A stretch of DNA of 63,471 nt, filler included, from Octopus bimaculoides (Eukaryota), in assembly GCF_001194135.2 (NCBI RefSeq). It is 6 parts of 6 records of this genome, joined end to end, with 100 filler letters (N's around TTAATTAATTAA, not from the genome) between each part and the next. Parts side by side here need not be neighbours in the genome. Positions count along the whole stretch, not along the records: positions 42,914 to 55,117 come from NW_026307115.1; positions 55,218 to 62,063 come from NW_026396945.1; 4 more parts are not named here. One strand, written 5' to 3'. The first letter of the stretch is position 1, and each line of letters starts with the position of its first letter. Below are positions 48,631 to 61,473 of the stretch, in pieces. The notes under the pieces are model-generated. The model saw only the letters and a list, made by a program, of their open reading frames with translations. It was not told the origin of the DNA and searched no databases. A program made the position numbers and the translations under genes.

Positions 48631-49538
48631 CGAGGTGCATTCAAAAAGCGTTCGACTTTAATCTTTCCCGCGGAACTCATGCCACGTGGACGCAATCCTT
48701 TGGATAGGAGGTGATGCCTCTCTTCCTGCGCATGCGTGAACAATGTTTCACCGGTAAGCCGCCGCATCAGTTCCCGGCTGTTACGCCTAGTCTACAGACG
48801 TGTGGTGTGCGCTCATCGGATTTTCATTTTCACCAAACTCATCGAGCAGAGGTTATTGCATCAAGTCTTGCCAAAAGTTTAGCGAAACTCAAGCACAAAT
48901 CATCCAGAAGATTCAGAATCCTTTGGCAATGATAGCATGGGTAGAACTCGGAGGAATGAGTGGCACAACGGCTTCAGACTTGGCCACAGTGGCGATCGAG
49001 GCATGCTCAGGCTGGCCATCCACAAGCCGAAACGTAAAGCCAATTGAGAAGGCTCAGTGAATAATCACAGAAGATTGTTGTGTAACAATCCAGGAAGTTA
49101 GTCACGAAACGGGAATAAGCAAAGAATCAATGCATTCCATTTTAATGGAGGATTTGTGCATGCGGAGAGTATCGGTAAAATTCGTCAGCAAGGTACTGGT
49201 GAAGAATCAGTAGCAACTCCTCATAGAAATCGGATGCTGGACTGCAAACCACCACTTCATGATGAGCACCATCACTGATGATGGGACACGGCTTTATTGT
49301 CTCTGTTAGATTCGTTCGCTTGACGAGCGAACACTGAACACCTGTAATCCCACGAGCGCGCATTACACACCTGTACTCTGAGCGTAACACATAGCAACTG
49401 ATGTAGCCTGCCGCCGGCGCGAAAGTTATCACGCATGCGCAGGGAGAGTGGTGTTATCTCCCGATCAAATAATTTTGTCCATGCAGCATTAGCTTTGCCC
49501 ATGCAGCATTAGGTCGGATACTTTCTGAATGCACCTCG
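48631..49538 (+). mobile_element. Internally deleted mariner (908 bp) with long diverged inverted ends
   Basis: CGAGGTGCATTCAAAAAG / CGAGGTGCATTCAGAAAG (reverse complement) with TA on the right. Internal IEQR..CIK..QK..ETQ, CSGWPSTSRN and ILMEDLCMRRVSVKFV, truncated near the first catalytic Asp. Confidence 0.82.
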
Positions 49539-50494
49539 TACAAATGTGTATGTATATGTATGCATAATGCGTGTGCATCATATATATATATATATATATA
49601 TATAATCTGTGGGTATGTATGCATGTATGTATGTATGTATATGCAAATGAGGCCCCTCGAATCATTGATCAACTCGGTACTATAGTGCCGTGAAATACTA
49701 ACTTTGTGACTAATTCGACTTCCATTGTGTTTGTTTCTGTGCCAGATATCAAAGTGACAGATCCCGCTAAAAACGTAGTTCAAACGTTTAAAACGTAGAT
49801 ATATGACGCAATGTTACACTTTTACTTCTTGTTCCAGACGGATGACATAATAACTGAGGAAATCTTTGTTTTGAAAACTGGAGAGCATGTGACGGACCAC
49901 CCATCAGAAAAAGAGACCATCTGAGGACAAAAGCAACCCAGAAGAGTTTGTCTAACGTTAAACAAAGCAAACAATTTTATGAAAGCTGATAAAACGAAAC
50001 AATGCAGTCAAACCTGTAATTAAAGTACGAAAAGATAAATATAAAATAAAAACTCCTAGAAGACATGATAGAACTGACTTGAAGAATAATAATAGTCAGT
50101 CTTTAAAGTCAGTCTGTGAAATGGAGGGAAATCTTTAAAAAAATAATAATACAATGCAATAAAAGATAAAAATGGTTGCTTACAAACAAACGCAACTGAG
50201 ATAATTTAATGCTGGAAAGATCGATTTAAACAACATTAGCTCTAAATTCCCACACAACCTGGAACCATGAAGTGAAACCTGGATGCAGAAACTCGTGCAG
50301 TGCAATTAAAAGACAAGAAACAAACGCTACTGATGTACTTTAATGTTGGAAAAATTGTTTGGGAAAACAGCACTGCTTGGAACCGCTCGAATACTCCGGA
50401 AGGTGCTCGAAAAATAAGAGGTGTTACCTTAGTTCACTGGGAGTGAACAGCTGACACTGTAGTAGATCTCCAGCGTTAGAAGCTGTGCAAAGGC

Positions 50495-50545
<51 letters not shown>

Positions 50546-50871
50546 TTATTGTGTCAGGGGAGACTGATACATCGAAGTCCCACGCATCTCAGTCCTTCTC
50601 GAACTGTATAAAGTATAGAATATACTATTCACATATGCCTTGCATGTTTTTTAATTTATATTTTATTTCTTATAAGTTATAGCAATAACCTCCCCCAACC
50701 CCGCCACACACACACACACACGCGCAGACGCAGACGCATAGTATTCCGAGAGCCATGCTGTAATTTACAGTCTAGTGATTATTTGGAAACACGCAGCACG
50801 CTATACAAGCTTGTCCAAACGGTTGTATTTTCAGTGCATGAAACTAAGAGTAGCTCAAATTTAAACCGTGT

Positions 50872-51027
50872 ATAGCGTAGCTGTGTGTTAAGACGCTTGC
50901 TTCCCACCAACATGGTTCGGGGTTCAGTCCCACTGTATGGTACCTTGGGAAAGTATCTTCAACTATATCCTCAGGCCCACCAAAGACTTGTGAGTGGATT
51001 TGGTAGAGGGAAACCGAAATAAGCTCG

Positions 51028-51098
<71 letters not shown>

Positions 51099-51299
51099 TT
51101 TGGTCCCCATCACCACTTGACAGCGGGTGATGGCGTGTTTACGGCGGCGTCGTTACTTAGCGGTTCGGCGAAGAAGACCACTAAAATGAGCAACAGTTTT
51201 AAAATAGTGAGCACTGAAGTCGATTCATTTGACTAAAAATGTTCCAGTGCTCCAGCATGGCCGCAGTCTAATGACTGAAACAAGTAAAAGATAAAAGAG
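50872..51299 (+). mobile_element. SINE family A, full length (tRNA-like head, (TG)n spacer, 3' body)
   Basis: gtagctgtgtgttaagacgcttgcttcccaccaacatggttcggggttcagtccc ... (TG)n ... gctccagcatggccgcagtctaatgactgaaacaagtaaaagataaaaga. Confidence 0.85.
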
Positions 51300-51587
51300 A
51301 TATGTATGCACGCCTGGCTGTCTGTATACAGGTGGCACTACTGTCAGTAACAGCTTGGTTAATCAGTGAATACGTCAGGTGATGGGTGACGACGGTGGGA
51401 GGAGACGAGGAAAGAATGGGGGGGGGGAGAGAAGTCATTACAGCTGACTCCTCCCACTTCTCAATTCTCTCCAGCATCTACCCCCCACCTCCTTCTGCTG
51501 CATGCCTTGTTTGTCACAATCACCNNNNNNNNNNNNNNNNNNGTGTTCGTGAGAGTATTCTGGTTTATCTATTTAAAGCTACAACCT

Positions 51588-51659
51588 CCGCCACCATCTC
51601 GGCCACCGCCACCATCTCGGCCACCGCCACCATCTCGGCCACCGCCACCATCTCGGCCA
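51588..51659 (+). repeat. GC-rich 18-bp minisatellite x4 (ccgccaccatctcggcca)
   Basis: Four exact units seen directly. Confidence 0.92.
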
Positions 51660-51719
51660 CCGCCGCCACTGTTGTCACTACGTCCATGGCCACCGACTCC
51701 ACCACTTGAACAACCACCA

Positions 51720-51907
51720 CCATACCGGGCGAAATGCTTAGCGGGGTTTCGTCTGCGCCTAAGTTCTGAGTTCAAATTCCGCCAAGGTCAACTTTAACTT
51801 TCAACCTTTTGGGGATCAATAAAATAAGTACCAGTTGGACACTGGGGTCGATGTAATTGACTCATCCCCTTCACCAAAATTACTGCCCTTGTGGCAAAAT
51901 TTGAAAT
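51720..51907 (+). mobile_element. SINE family B, tail variant 2
   Basis: ccgggcgaaatgcttagcgg...gagttcaaattccgccaaggtcaac...cactggggtcgatgtaattgactcatcccc...gccttgtggcaaaatttgaaa. Confidence 0.8.
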
Positions 51908-52034
51908 CATCATCATCATCATCATTATCATTGAATGAGAGAGTAGTGCATGCCATCAAAGTAAAACTGGGGTAAAATATACGAAGCCCATTATACCCAT
52001 CATGACTACCCGTCTGATAAGGGTACACCAGTAG

Positions 52035-52730
52035 TTGTCAAAGATCATGAAGGAAAAAAATGCTTTCTAATTGATGTATCAATACCAGCAGATGACAACG
52101 TTTCCCTAAAAAAAAAATGGAAAAACTTTCAAAATACAAAGACCTGGAAATAGAGGTAACTCGAATGTGGAATCTAAAAACAGAAACAATACCTATCATA
52201 GTAGGTGCCTTAGGTATAATAAAAAATATTCAGACAAAATACATAACAAAAACACCAGGACTTACAAATATATATAACATACAGAAAATTGCACTACTGG
52301 GTACTGCACACATCCTATGCAAAACACTTTCAATACAGTAACCATAAGAGCACCACAGCANNNNNNNNNNTAAAAAAAAAATGGAAAAACTTTCAAAATA
52401 CAAAGACCTGGAAATAGAGGTAACTCGAATGTGGAATCTAAAAACAGAAACAATACCTATCATAGTAGGTGCCTTAGGTATAATAAAAAATATTCAGACA
52501 AAATACATAACAAAAACACCAGGACTTACAAATATATATAACATACAGAAAATTGCACTACTGGGTACTGCACACATCCTATGCAAAACACTTTCAATAC
52601 AGTAACCATAAGAGCACCACAGCAAACCACAGCACATACCCAAGGAACACAGAGCTGCGCTCGGTAGTGAAGTGAAAGCACGTTATAAAAATAAAACTAC
52701 TGAACAATAATAATAATAATAAACAGAAAG
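52035..52730 (+). mobile_element. R4/Dong-like RLE retrotransposon 3' end, duplicated across a 10-N gap
   Basis: VVKDHE.KKCFLIDVSIPADDNVS..MEKLSKYKDLEIEVTRMWNLKTETIPIIVGALG (PD..D/ExK nuclease); (TAA)n tail at about 52708-52720. 52105-52340 repeats exactly at 52371-52623. Confidence 0.82.
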
Positions 52731-52964
52731 TTTGCCTCTTAGGGACAGCAAGGATTATCAGGAGGGTTCTAAGCATTTGAAAGACTGGCGAAAATATGTT
52801 GGTAGCTAAGGTTAAATGCAGTAACCCGCTACTCACATAAATTCGACCAGGGATAAGACTTAATCTGAAATTTGATTCTATAATAACTCCTGAAATGGGT
52901 TTAAAAGCTGTTTAATGAGAGACAAGGTGTTGGTTTAACCAGAATTGTCGGTCATTACTTATAT

Positions 52965-53460
52965 CGCAACATTTGGGTGAAGGATGGAAATGGAAATTTG
53001 GTGAAAGGAAGTGAGGATGTACAAAGGAGATGGGCAGAGTATTTTGGTGATCTGTTTAATGTGGAGGATGTTAGGGAAGCAAGTATAGTGGCTGGAGGAG
53101 AGAGGAGAATGCCTGTTGTTGGAGAATGGAACTACGGTGCAATTGGAAGGGAGGGGGTGAGGGAATCCTTGCGGAAGATGGCAAACCGGGAGGCGCCAGG
53201 CATAGATGGGTGTAGAGTGGAACGCCTCAAGAAGGGAGGAGTGGCAGTGATTGAATGGTAGAATTGAATGTTTGTTATATAACTGGAAGAGTACCAAAGG
53301 ACTGGTGTAGTGCCTATATAGTGCCACTGTACAAGGGATAAATATGAGTGTGGAAATTTTAGGGGTATAAGTCTGTTGTGTGTGGTTGGTAAACTGTTTG
53401 GGAGAATTCTGACTTTAAGGGTGAGGAACCAAACAGAGAGTTACTAAGGGAGGAGTAGTG
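52965..53460 (+). mobile_element. Degenerate RTE-clade LINE fragment (pre-RT linker plus RT domain 1)
   Basis: VKDGNGNLVKGSEDVQRRWAEYFGDLFNVED...REAPGIDGCRVERLKKGG.AVIEW...VPLYKG..KYECGNFRGISLLCVVGKLFGRIL. Confidence 0.82.
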
Positions 53461-54052
53461 TCCATAGATATCCTCTTCTTCTTTGATTTTCAAAGAGATA
53501 TTTATATCTGCAGGGCACCTGACCTTTATGATGGTACGTACCTTTGGCCCCTCTGTCCCAAACAACAATATCCGGACTGTTATGCTTACATTTGACAGAA
53601 CTTTTGAAGGGAATATTCTACTAGCGTTCCTTGAGTTGGTGTTTATGAATGCATTCCATAACAGAGGGATTTTCTAAGTTTATTTCAGGACAGTCTTTTT
53701 TGCGGATGGCATTATAAATCGTTTTATATGTATATGAATTAAATATATATATATATATATATATATATAGGAAAATCTCCACGTGCGGTTAACACAACCC
53801 CACTATTTACTGACTTANNNNNNNNNNNNNNNNNNNNNNNNNNNNNNNNNNNNNNNNNNNNNNNNNNNNNNNNNNNNNNNNNNNNNNNNNNNNNNNNNNN
53901 NNNNNNNNNNNNNNNNNNNNNNNNNNNNNNNNNNNNNNNNNNNNNNNNNNNNNNNNNNNNNNNNNNNNNNNNNNNNNNNNNNNNNNNNNNNNNNNNNNNN
54001 NNNNNNNNNNNNNNNNNNNNNNNNNNNNNNNNNNNNNNNNNNNNNNNNNNNN

Positions 54053-54083
<31 letters not shown>

Positions 54084-54698
54084 AGGAGAAAGGCACAAAA
54101 AGGAAGAGACAGACAGAGAAGGAGAAAGAAAGAAAGAAAGAAAGAAAGAATGAGAGCGAGACTATTCACACGTATTTTCACACCGAAACATCTTGTCTCA
54201 TAAAAAAAAAAAAAAAAAAAAAAAGATACAAATCACCCGAGGTGTTCGTTACAAAAGGGCTCATTAAAAAATTTCAAATGCGCAAGCCTGATACGCTGCT
54301 GCTTCTGCTACTCCTACTACTACAAACGATAATGATATATGTATAACTAAATGAAATAATAACTGATTTCAATAGAAATAGAGGTGAGAAGAAAAAAAAA
54401 CTGGGAAAAATGAGAATAAAAATAAAAATATAAAAACGGAATGAAAAGAAAAAGTTACAACACAGATTTTGCCAAGTGAAAGAAATTCACGCTTGAAACG
54501 TCTTTGCGAAAGGAGTTATTCTTTGCCGACATTACTTTCATGTTAAAAAGGTGACTGTGACCAAAATATGTAGTCAAGTTGAACAGCCGACCTAGATAGA
54601 CTGATGTCACAATAATAATGGCCGACTGCTGGAATGTATGTAGGCGGCCATTAAAGAGATCGACGTAACTTTATGGGTAACCAGTGAAATCAACGCAA

Positions 54699-54753
<55 letters not shown>

Positions 54754-54835
54754 ACGCATAAGAAACAAATACATACATTCATACACACACACACATGTAT
54801 AAATGAAAGTATAAATGTGTGTGTGGGTGTGCGTG

Positions 54836-54882
<47 letters not shown>

Positions 54883-55199
54883 GTTCGTACGTAAGTATGT
54901 ATGTGTATGAATGTATATACATATATCTTGATCTAACCCTCTCACTCAATCTCTCTCCCTCCCTCCCTATATGTATATATATAAATACATATATATATAT
55001 ATATATTTACATACTATATATATACATATATATACATACTATATATATACAAACTATATATATACATATATATATACAAACATATATATACATATATATA
55101 CAAACATATATATACATNNNNNNNNNNNNNNNNNNNNNNNNNNNNNNNNNNNNNNNNNNNNTTAATTAATTAANNNNNNNNNNNNNNNNNNNNNNNNNN

Positions 55200-55424
55200 N
55201 NNNNNNNNNNNNNNNNNGAACACATTATCGAAAACGAAAATCGTCAAAATAAAAAAATAAAAAAGTTACAGCCATTTTCCCTCAGTGTCTAATTCCAATG
55301 TCCACCTTTTTTTCTGTTCTATAACACAAAATAGATAAGTATACGAAGTTTGAAAGTCTTTCGGTACCAAAAACACTACATAAAACATAAATGAAAACTG
55401 GTGCCCCCGTTTTGAACTAGATCC
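55200..55424. mobile_element. Right end of a GGATC-family MITE
   Basis: ...gaagtttgaaagtctttcggtaccaaaaacactaca...aactggtgcccccgttttgaactagatcc; shares a subterminal segment with 38950-39000. Confidence 0.6.
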
Positions 55425-56626
55425 ATACACTAAGCTCAGGTCAAACGTTTCAGTTTAACCAGCTCCTCCGAAAACGTTTTTCAAACAAATCTTTACATCT
55501 ACTCAGTCTACAAGAGCTAAGCGATTATTTGTTGAAAGTTTCGTTAAAAAGTATCCGTTTTTCTGGAAGTTATAAGACAACAGAAATACGATAAAAGTTT
55601 TGAAAAAAAACAAAACAAAAACGAATCTAATAGAATCGCATGGAACGTCGTCGAACCTTCTGGAATATTACGTCACTGACTATATAAAGAAGTGCTAGAA
55701 GACGAATGTGACATTATGAGAGTGACGTTGCAGGAGGAGGTGCACACAATTATTTGACAAGTAAGTGAAGTTTTGTTGTGTAGTTATAATGCAATGCATT
55801 TAAATTGTGTCTGTGGAGAGTTATTCTGTTTTAATAACTTATTAATTAACACACCTGTAACAAGATGGATATTATAAGTTAGAATGACCACTTTAAAAAT
55901 TATTAATAATATTGATATGCGGTCAAAATACAGTTTAAGCCCAAGTCATATTTTGATGAAATTTTACAGAAACACCTTTCAAACAGCATAGAATACGATT
56001 ATAAAGAAATTTGTAGGGAAAATTTTTTCGGATTCCCACGTTTTAGATATCGGAGATTACGAATATGCAAAAAAAATAAATAAATAAATAAAATGCAGCG
56101 ATCGTAGCAAATTGACGAAATTAAATACAAAAACATTAAAGTGTTTACTTGTGTTTGCCTTAAATAATCGTGAATAATAATTTTAATTTCACCCCCTCCC
56201 CAATTTTAAATTTTGCATTTTTTTTGTTGTTGTTGCGATATTCGTAATCTCTGGCATCTAAAACGTAGGGATCCCAAAAAATTTTTCGAAAAAAAGCATT
56301 TTTTTTTCTTTCTTGAAAACGGATATTTCATTTCTTTTCTTTTTGTCAGGAAGATTTAGTTGCTCTTTCTAGCAACTCGAGCGACCAGGTAAAAGCTCTC
56401 TCGTTGCCTAGTCTCAACCCCTTAGTCACCTGTTGTTGAGTCCCGAGTTGGATCTGATTGAACAGATATGATCAAAGACGTCCCAACCGTGACCATTCCG
56501 TCTTTCTTCCGCACGATTTTCACTAAGAAAAAAAAAATTATCGAAAAACAACCTCTCCCAAACTAATTCCTTTGTGTGTTGGCGGTGGGGAGAAAGATGA
56601 ACGATTTAAAATTAATTTATAGACTA

Positions 56627-57701
56627 CTAGCAGAAATACCCGGCTTTGCCCGGGTTAAAGAGAATAATGAAATCTAAAAACGCCGTCTAGACTACGCAAC
56701 CCTCAACTGTTAGTAGCTATGATACCATATTTCTACATTAATAACTCTCCAATCCATGCCAGTATGGAACATAAACATTAAGTGGAATGCCAGTCTCTCA
56801 TCTAGGAGGGCCTTGAAATCAATGTTACCAACTGGGGACTATGTGTGTNNNNNNNNNNNNNNNNNNNNNNNNNNNNNNNNNNNNNNNNNNNNNNNNNNNN
56901 NNNNNNNNNNNNNNNNNNNNNNNNNNNNNNNNNNNNNNNNNNNNNNNNNNNNNNNNNNNNNNNNNNNNNNNNNNNNNNNNNNNNNNNNNNNNNNNNNNNN
57001 NNNNNNNNNNNNNNNNNNNNNNNNNNNNNNNNNNNNNNNNNNNNNNNNNNNNNNNNNNNNNNNNNNNNNNNNNNNNNNNNNNNNNNNNNNNNNNNNNNNN
57101 NNNNNNNNNNNNNNNNNNNNNNNNNNNNNNNNNNNNNNNNNNNNNNNNNNNNNNNNNNNNNNNNNNNNNNNNNNNNNNNNNNNNNNNNNNNNNNNNNNNN
57201 NNNNNNNNNNNNNNNNNNNNNNNNNNNNNNNNNNNNNNNNNNNNNNNNNNNNNNNNNNNNNNNNNNNNNNNNNNNNNNNNNNNNNNNNNNNNNNNNNNNN
57301 NNNNNNNNNNNNNNNNNNNNNNNNNNNNNNNNNNNNNNNNNNNNNNNNNNNNNNNNNNNNNNNNNNNNNNNNNNNNNNNNNNNNNNNNNNNNNNNNNNNN
57401 NNNNNNNNNNNNNNNNNNNNNNNNNNNNNNNNNNNNNNNNNNNNNNNNNNNNNNNNNNNNNNNNNNNNNNNNNNNNNNNNNNNNNNNNNNNNNNNNNNNN
57501 NNNNNNNNNNNNNNNNNNNNNNNNNNNNNNNNNNNNNNNNNNNNNNNNNNNNNNNNNNNNNNNNNNNNNAAAACACAACTGGAACCCTAAGTAAGGCATC
57601 TGTAAAATTTGAATGAAATTGGTTGTGTAGTTCTCGAGTTTTAGGGATTCACACAGACAGACAGACAGACAGACACACATTCTCATTTTTATATATATAG
57701 A
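56627..57701 (-). mobile_element. Non-autonomous Helitron (gap inside)
   Basis: Minus strand A|TCTATATATATAAAAATGAGAATGTGTG(TCTG)n ... ACCCGGgcaaagCCGGGT-atttctg-CTAG|T: 5' TC, 3' hairpin plus CTAG, A|T target, no TSD. Confidence 0.85.
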
Positions 57702-58220
57702 TATCTTGTGTGTTTAAGGGGGGAAACCATTTTACAGAAGTAAATTTTCCAGAGTGTGAATAACATGGTTCGTTATTAAATATATCCCTGTCGCCTCCAC
57801 CCCTTTTCCGAACCAAAATAAGGGGTTTGCAGCATATCAGGAGATCAGGGTACTTGATTCCATGCTAAAAATCTGATTTTTTTTTCTTAGTGAAGATCGT
57901 GCGAGTGTTAATATAAAAATTGATCACGTAAACATTAACTTAATTCATGTTAGGAAAAGTTGATACCACATTTGAAAGAAACAAACCCAAATAGTTGCTT
58001 CGTTATACACACACACACACACACACATATAATATATGTAGGTATTCCTTCGATATAACTCGACAAAACATTTGACTTCGGGTATTTGTTTACTCATACA
58101 TGTTCGTGTATGTGTGCTTGTGTGTGACTGAAGCCATTCACACATACATAACAACACCTCTCTCTCTTTTTGTCTGTCAATCACTAAAAAGACGAAATAA
58201 AAAAAAATCTGTTATCTATT

Positions 58221-58255
<35 letters not shown>

Positions 58256-58563
58256 ACACACTAACAAAACAACTTCTCATACACACTACACTTTCTGTGT
58301 TGCACACTTCATCGAACACACACACATGAGAGAGAGAGCGATAACAACAACAACAACTATGCGAACTATTTTAAACCCCAAAGATGATGCAATACTTGCA
58401 ATGTAAAGATTTCCGAAGGTTTAGTAAAAATAATGAGAAATCAGAAGTGGCGATCTTTCGATACGAGAACACACGACTGTTTATTTACATTTGTGAAGAT
58501 GATCGTTGGTTTCCGTAAATTTTAATTTTAATTTTTTTTTACATATGGGGTTGAGGGGAAATG

Positions 58564-59140
58564 GGATCTTTTGAAGTCGGCGTGAAAGCGAAAGAGACAG
58601 AGAGAGCGCGTGCGTGTGTGTATGTGTGAGTGTGTGTGTGTTTGTGTGACAGAAAGTGTGGTGTGTAAGTGAAGTGCTTCTTTTGTTAGTGTGTGAAGAG
58701 ACACAGAGAGAGAGTAATGTTGCTGCTGTGTGTATATGTGAGAGAGAGATAATTGAAACTATTTTATTCACTTTTTTTTCAGTGAGTGAATGTGTGAGTG
58801 GTTGAGAGAGAAAATGCTAGAGAAAGAGAGAGAGAGAGGTTATGTATGAATGGCTTCAGTGACACACACACTCACGCACGTACGCAGGTTATGTATGTAT
58901 ACGTTATCGATGTATGGCCGAGAGAGAGAGAGAGTTAATTGAAATTTTTTATTCACTTTTTGTAGTGAGTGAGTGTGTGAGTGACTGACAGAGAAAAGGA
59001 GAGAGAGAGAGGTTATGCATGTATGGCTTCAGTGACGCACGCACACACACACACAGACGGCACGCCAACTTTAAAAGAACTTCCCCGATCCAATCGCGCT
59101 CTCTCTGTGTGTCTCTTTCGCTTTTACGCCGACTCATACC
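58564..59140. repeat. Inverted-repeat element with internal ~150-bp direct duplication
   Basis: ggatcttttgaagtcggcgtgaaagcgaaagagacagagagagcgcg (58564-58610) is mirrored by 59063-59081 and 59093-59135; 58755-58870 is repeated at 58940-59050. Confidence 0.5.
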
Positions 59141-60179
59141 GTAATTTAGCCGCATACTCCTCTGTTAGCAAATATGCTTTTTTCGTATACACATACCCTT
59201 ACTTGGTGTGGAGGAGGGGAGAGAGGACCNNNNNNNNNNNNNNNNNNNNNNNNNNNNNNNNNNNNNNNNNNNNNNNNNNNNNNNNNNNNNNNNNNNNNNN
59301 NNNNNNNNNNNNNNNNNNNNNNNNNNNNNNNNNNNNNNNNNNNNNNNNNNNNNNNNNNNNNNNNNNNNNNNNNNNNNNNNNNNNNNNNNNNNNNNNNNNN
59401 NNNNNNNNNNNNNNNNNNNNNNNNNNNNNNNNNNNNNNNNNNNNNNNNNNNNNNNNNNNNNNNNNNNNNNNNNNNNNNNNNNNNNNNNNNNNNNNNNNNN
59501 NNNNNNNNNNNNNNNNNNNNNNNNNNNNNNNNNNNNNNNNNNNNNNNNNNNNNNNNNNNNNNNNNNNNNNNNNNNNNNNNNNNNNNNNNNNNNNNNNNNN
59601 NNNNNNNNNNNNNNNNNNNNNNNNNNNNNNNNNNNNNNNNNNNNNNNNNNNNNNNNNNNNNNNNNNNNNNNNNNNNNNNNNNNNNNNNNNNNNNNNNNNN
59701 NNNNNNNNNNNNNNNNNNNNNNNNNNNNNNNNNNNNNNNNNNNNNNNNNNNNNNNNNNNNNNNNNNNNNNNNNNNNNNNNNNNNNNNNNNNNNNNNNNNN
59801 NNNNNNNNNNNNNNNNNNNNNNNNNNNNNNNNNNNNNNNNNNNNNNNNNNNNNNNNNNNNNNNNNNNNNNNNNNNNNNNNNNNNNNNNNNNNNNNNNNNN
59901 NNNNNNNNNNNNNNNNNNNNNNNNNNNNNNNNNNNNNNNNNNNNNNNNNNNNNNNNNNNNNNNNNNNNNNNNNNNNNNNNNNNNNNNNNNNNNNNNNNNN
60001 NNNNNNNNNNNNNNNNNNNNNNNNNNNNNNNNNNNNNNNNNNNNNNNNNNNNNNNNNNNNNNNNNNNNNNNNNNNNNNNTTTATTAGCTACTGCCAATAT
60101 GCTTCAGCCATTTTTTGACAAGGAAATAATAATTTTATCATCGCCAGAATCGTTTGAGAATCGTTTAACTGTATTCGGC

Positions 60180-60370
60180 TGAATGGACGTCAGTCATTGG
60201 TTGAAATTACAGAAATACGACAACTTTAACATGAAATAACTTGCGATGTACATTTTTTTGTTAAGAAGACTAAGAGAAAAAGATGTTTTATATGACACAT
60301 TCTACCAGTGTCCCAAGTTTCAAAGTGTTTCGTTAAGAAAATACTGGTGCCCCCATTTTGAACAAGATCC
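60180..60370. mobile_element. Right arm of a GGATC-family MITE
   Basis: gacgtcagtcattggttgaaattacagaaatacgac...ccagtgtcccaagtttcaaagtgtttcgttaagaaaatactggtgcccccattttgaacaagatcc; near-identical to 39480-39635 until the terminal ~30 bp. Confidence 0.75.
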
Positions 60371-61473
60371 AAAGAAAGTATCAGGGATACGTTGAAAGTA
60401 ACTGCGAAATATCAGGATTTATAGGGTAGCTCTGAATGTCTCACATTCAAAGCTACCCTACAAATCCTGATATTTCGCTGTTGCTTGGGAGAGAAAGGCC
60501 AAAGGAAAGAGAGTGACTGGTAGTGGGAGAATGGGAGAATGAGTAAGCATGTAAGAGTAAGGTCGTTTGTTTGACAAGGACTCGCAAATCATTAGCGTCA
60601 TTTTAGAGAGATTTTGTTGCTGTTTCTAGCAGGCTGAGACCCACCATGTTGAGTCATTTCATTGTTGTTTGTTTCTTCTTATTTTCTTTTCGATCACAAC
60701 TAAAATGTCTGCTTCTATTTCTCCAACAGGTAAAAATGAAAGCCACAGCTTCCATCATGAGCTTCAACCACATTTTCATGCTATGTCTGTTTTGCCAGGT
60801 AGGTGCATTTACTGTCTTGTTCAGTTTCCATAGTCATTCTTTCACACACACACAAGTGTTGATTCAGTTGACTGAAATCTCTTCCAAGGCCGTGCCCCAG
60901 CATGGCCATTGTCTAATGACTGAAACAAGTAAAAGCAATTAAAACCAAAATGGCAACTAAATAAACCAAGATGCAAAATAGCACCGGAAATTGCTAGAAA
61001 TAAGAGTCAAAACTTAACTCAGACAGCCACACAAAGCACTAACCTCATTAGATTTATGTGATGTGAGGTAGCATGCCAAAACACATTTGCCTGGTGAGAT
61101 AAACTCACAAAATGAAGCAGTTGGACAAAGCCTCATAACATGATTTCGAAATATGACCTTGTTTCTCAACAGAAGCTTCCACCACCTACTCTAGGTTAAA
61201 GAGATAGCCTGCTCCCATGACAACTCATGAGAAAAGACTGTTGAAAAAGCGGGCCACGAAGGTGCATAATTGGCTAGTGGCTAGGTTGAGCAGTGTGTTG
61301 TGTCCTTCAGCCAAACACTGCATTTCATCTTGTTCCACTGCTTTTTTTTCAGTCAGGGGAAATGTTGGCCGGATTACCTTGTCAGTGGCATGGTGTCATT
61401 TGAAGACTACAACAATGCCAAGCACATTGTGACCAGCGATGCATAACATTTGTTAGTCGAATGAGTCTAGGTT

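Noticed and set aside
51588-51659. CRISPR-like array (also 9797-9868, 61896-62063)
   Set aside because: Head-to-tail repeats with no unique spacers, no cas genes and a eukaryotic context.
52371-52625. Biological tandem duplication of the RLE fragment
   Set aside because: An exact duplicate across a 10-N gap is typical of overlapping contig ends.
17881-60182. Long ORFs of 150-370 aa made mostly of X
   Set aside because: They are read-through of N gaps.
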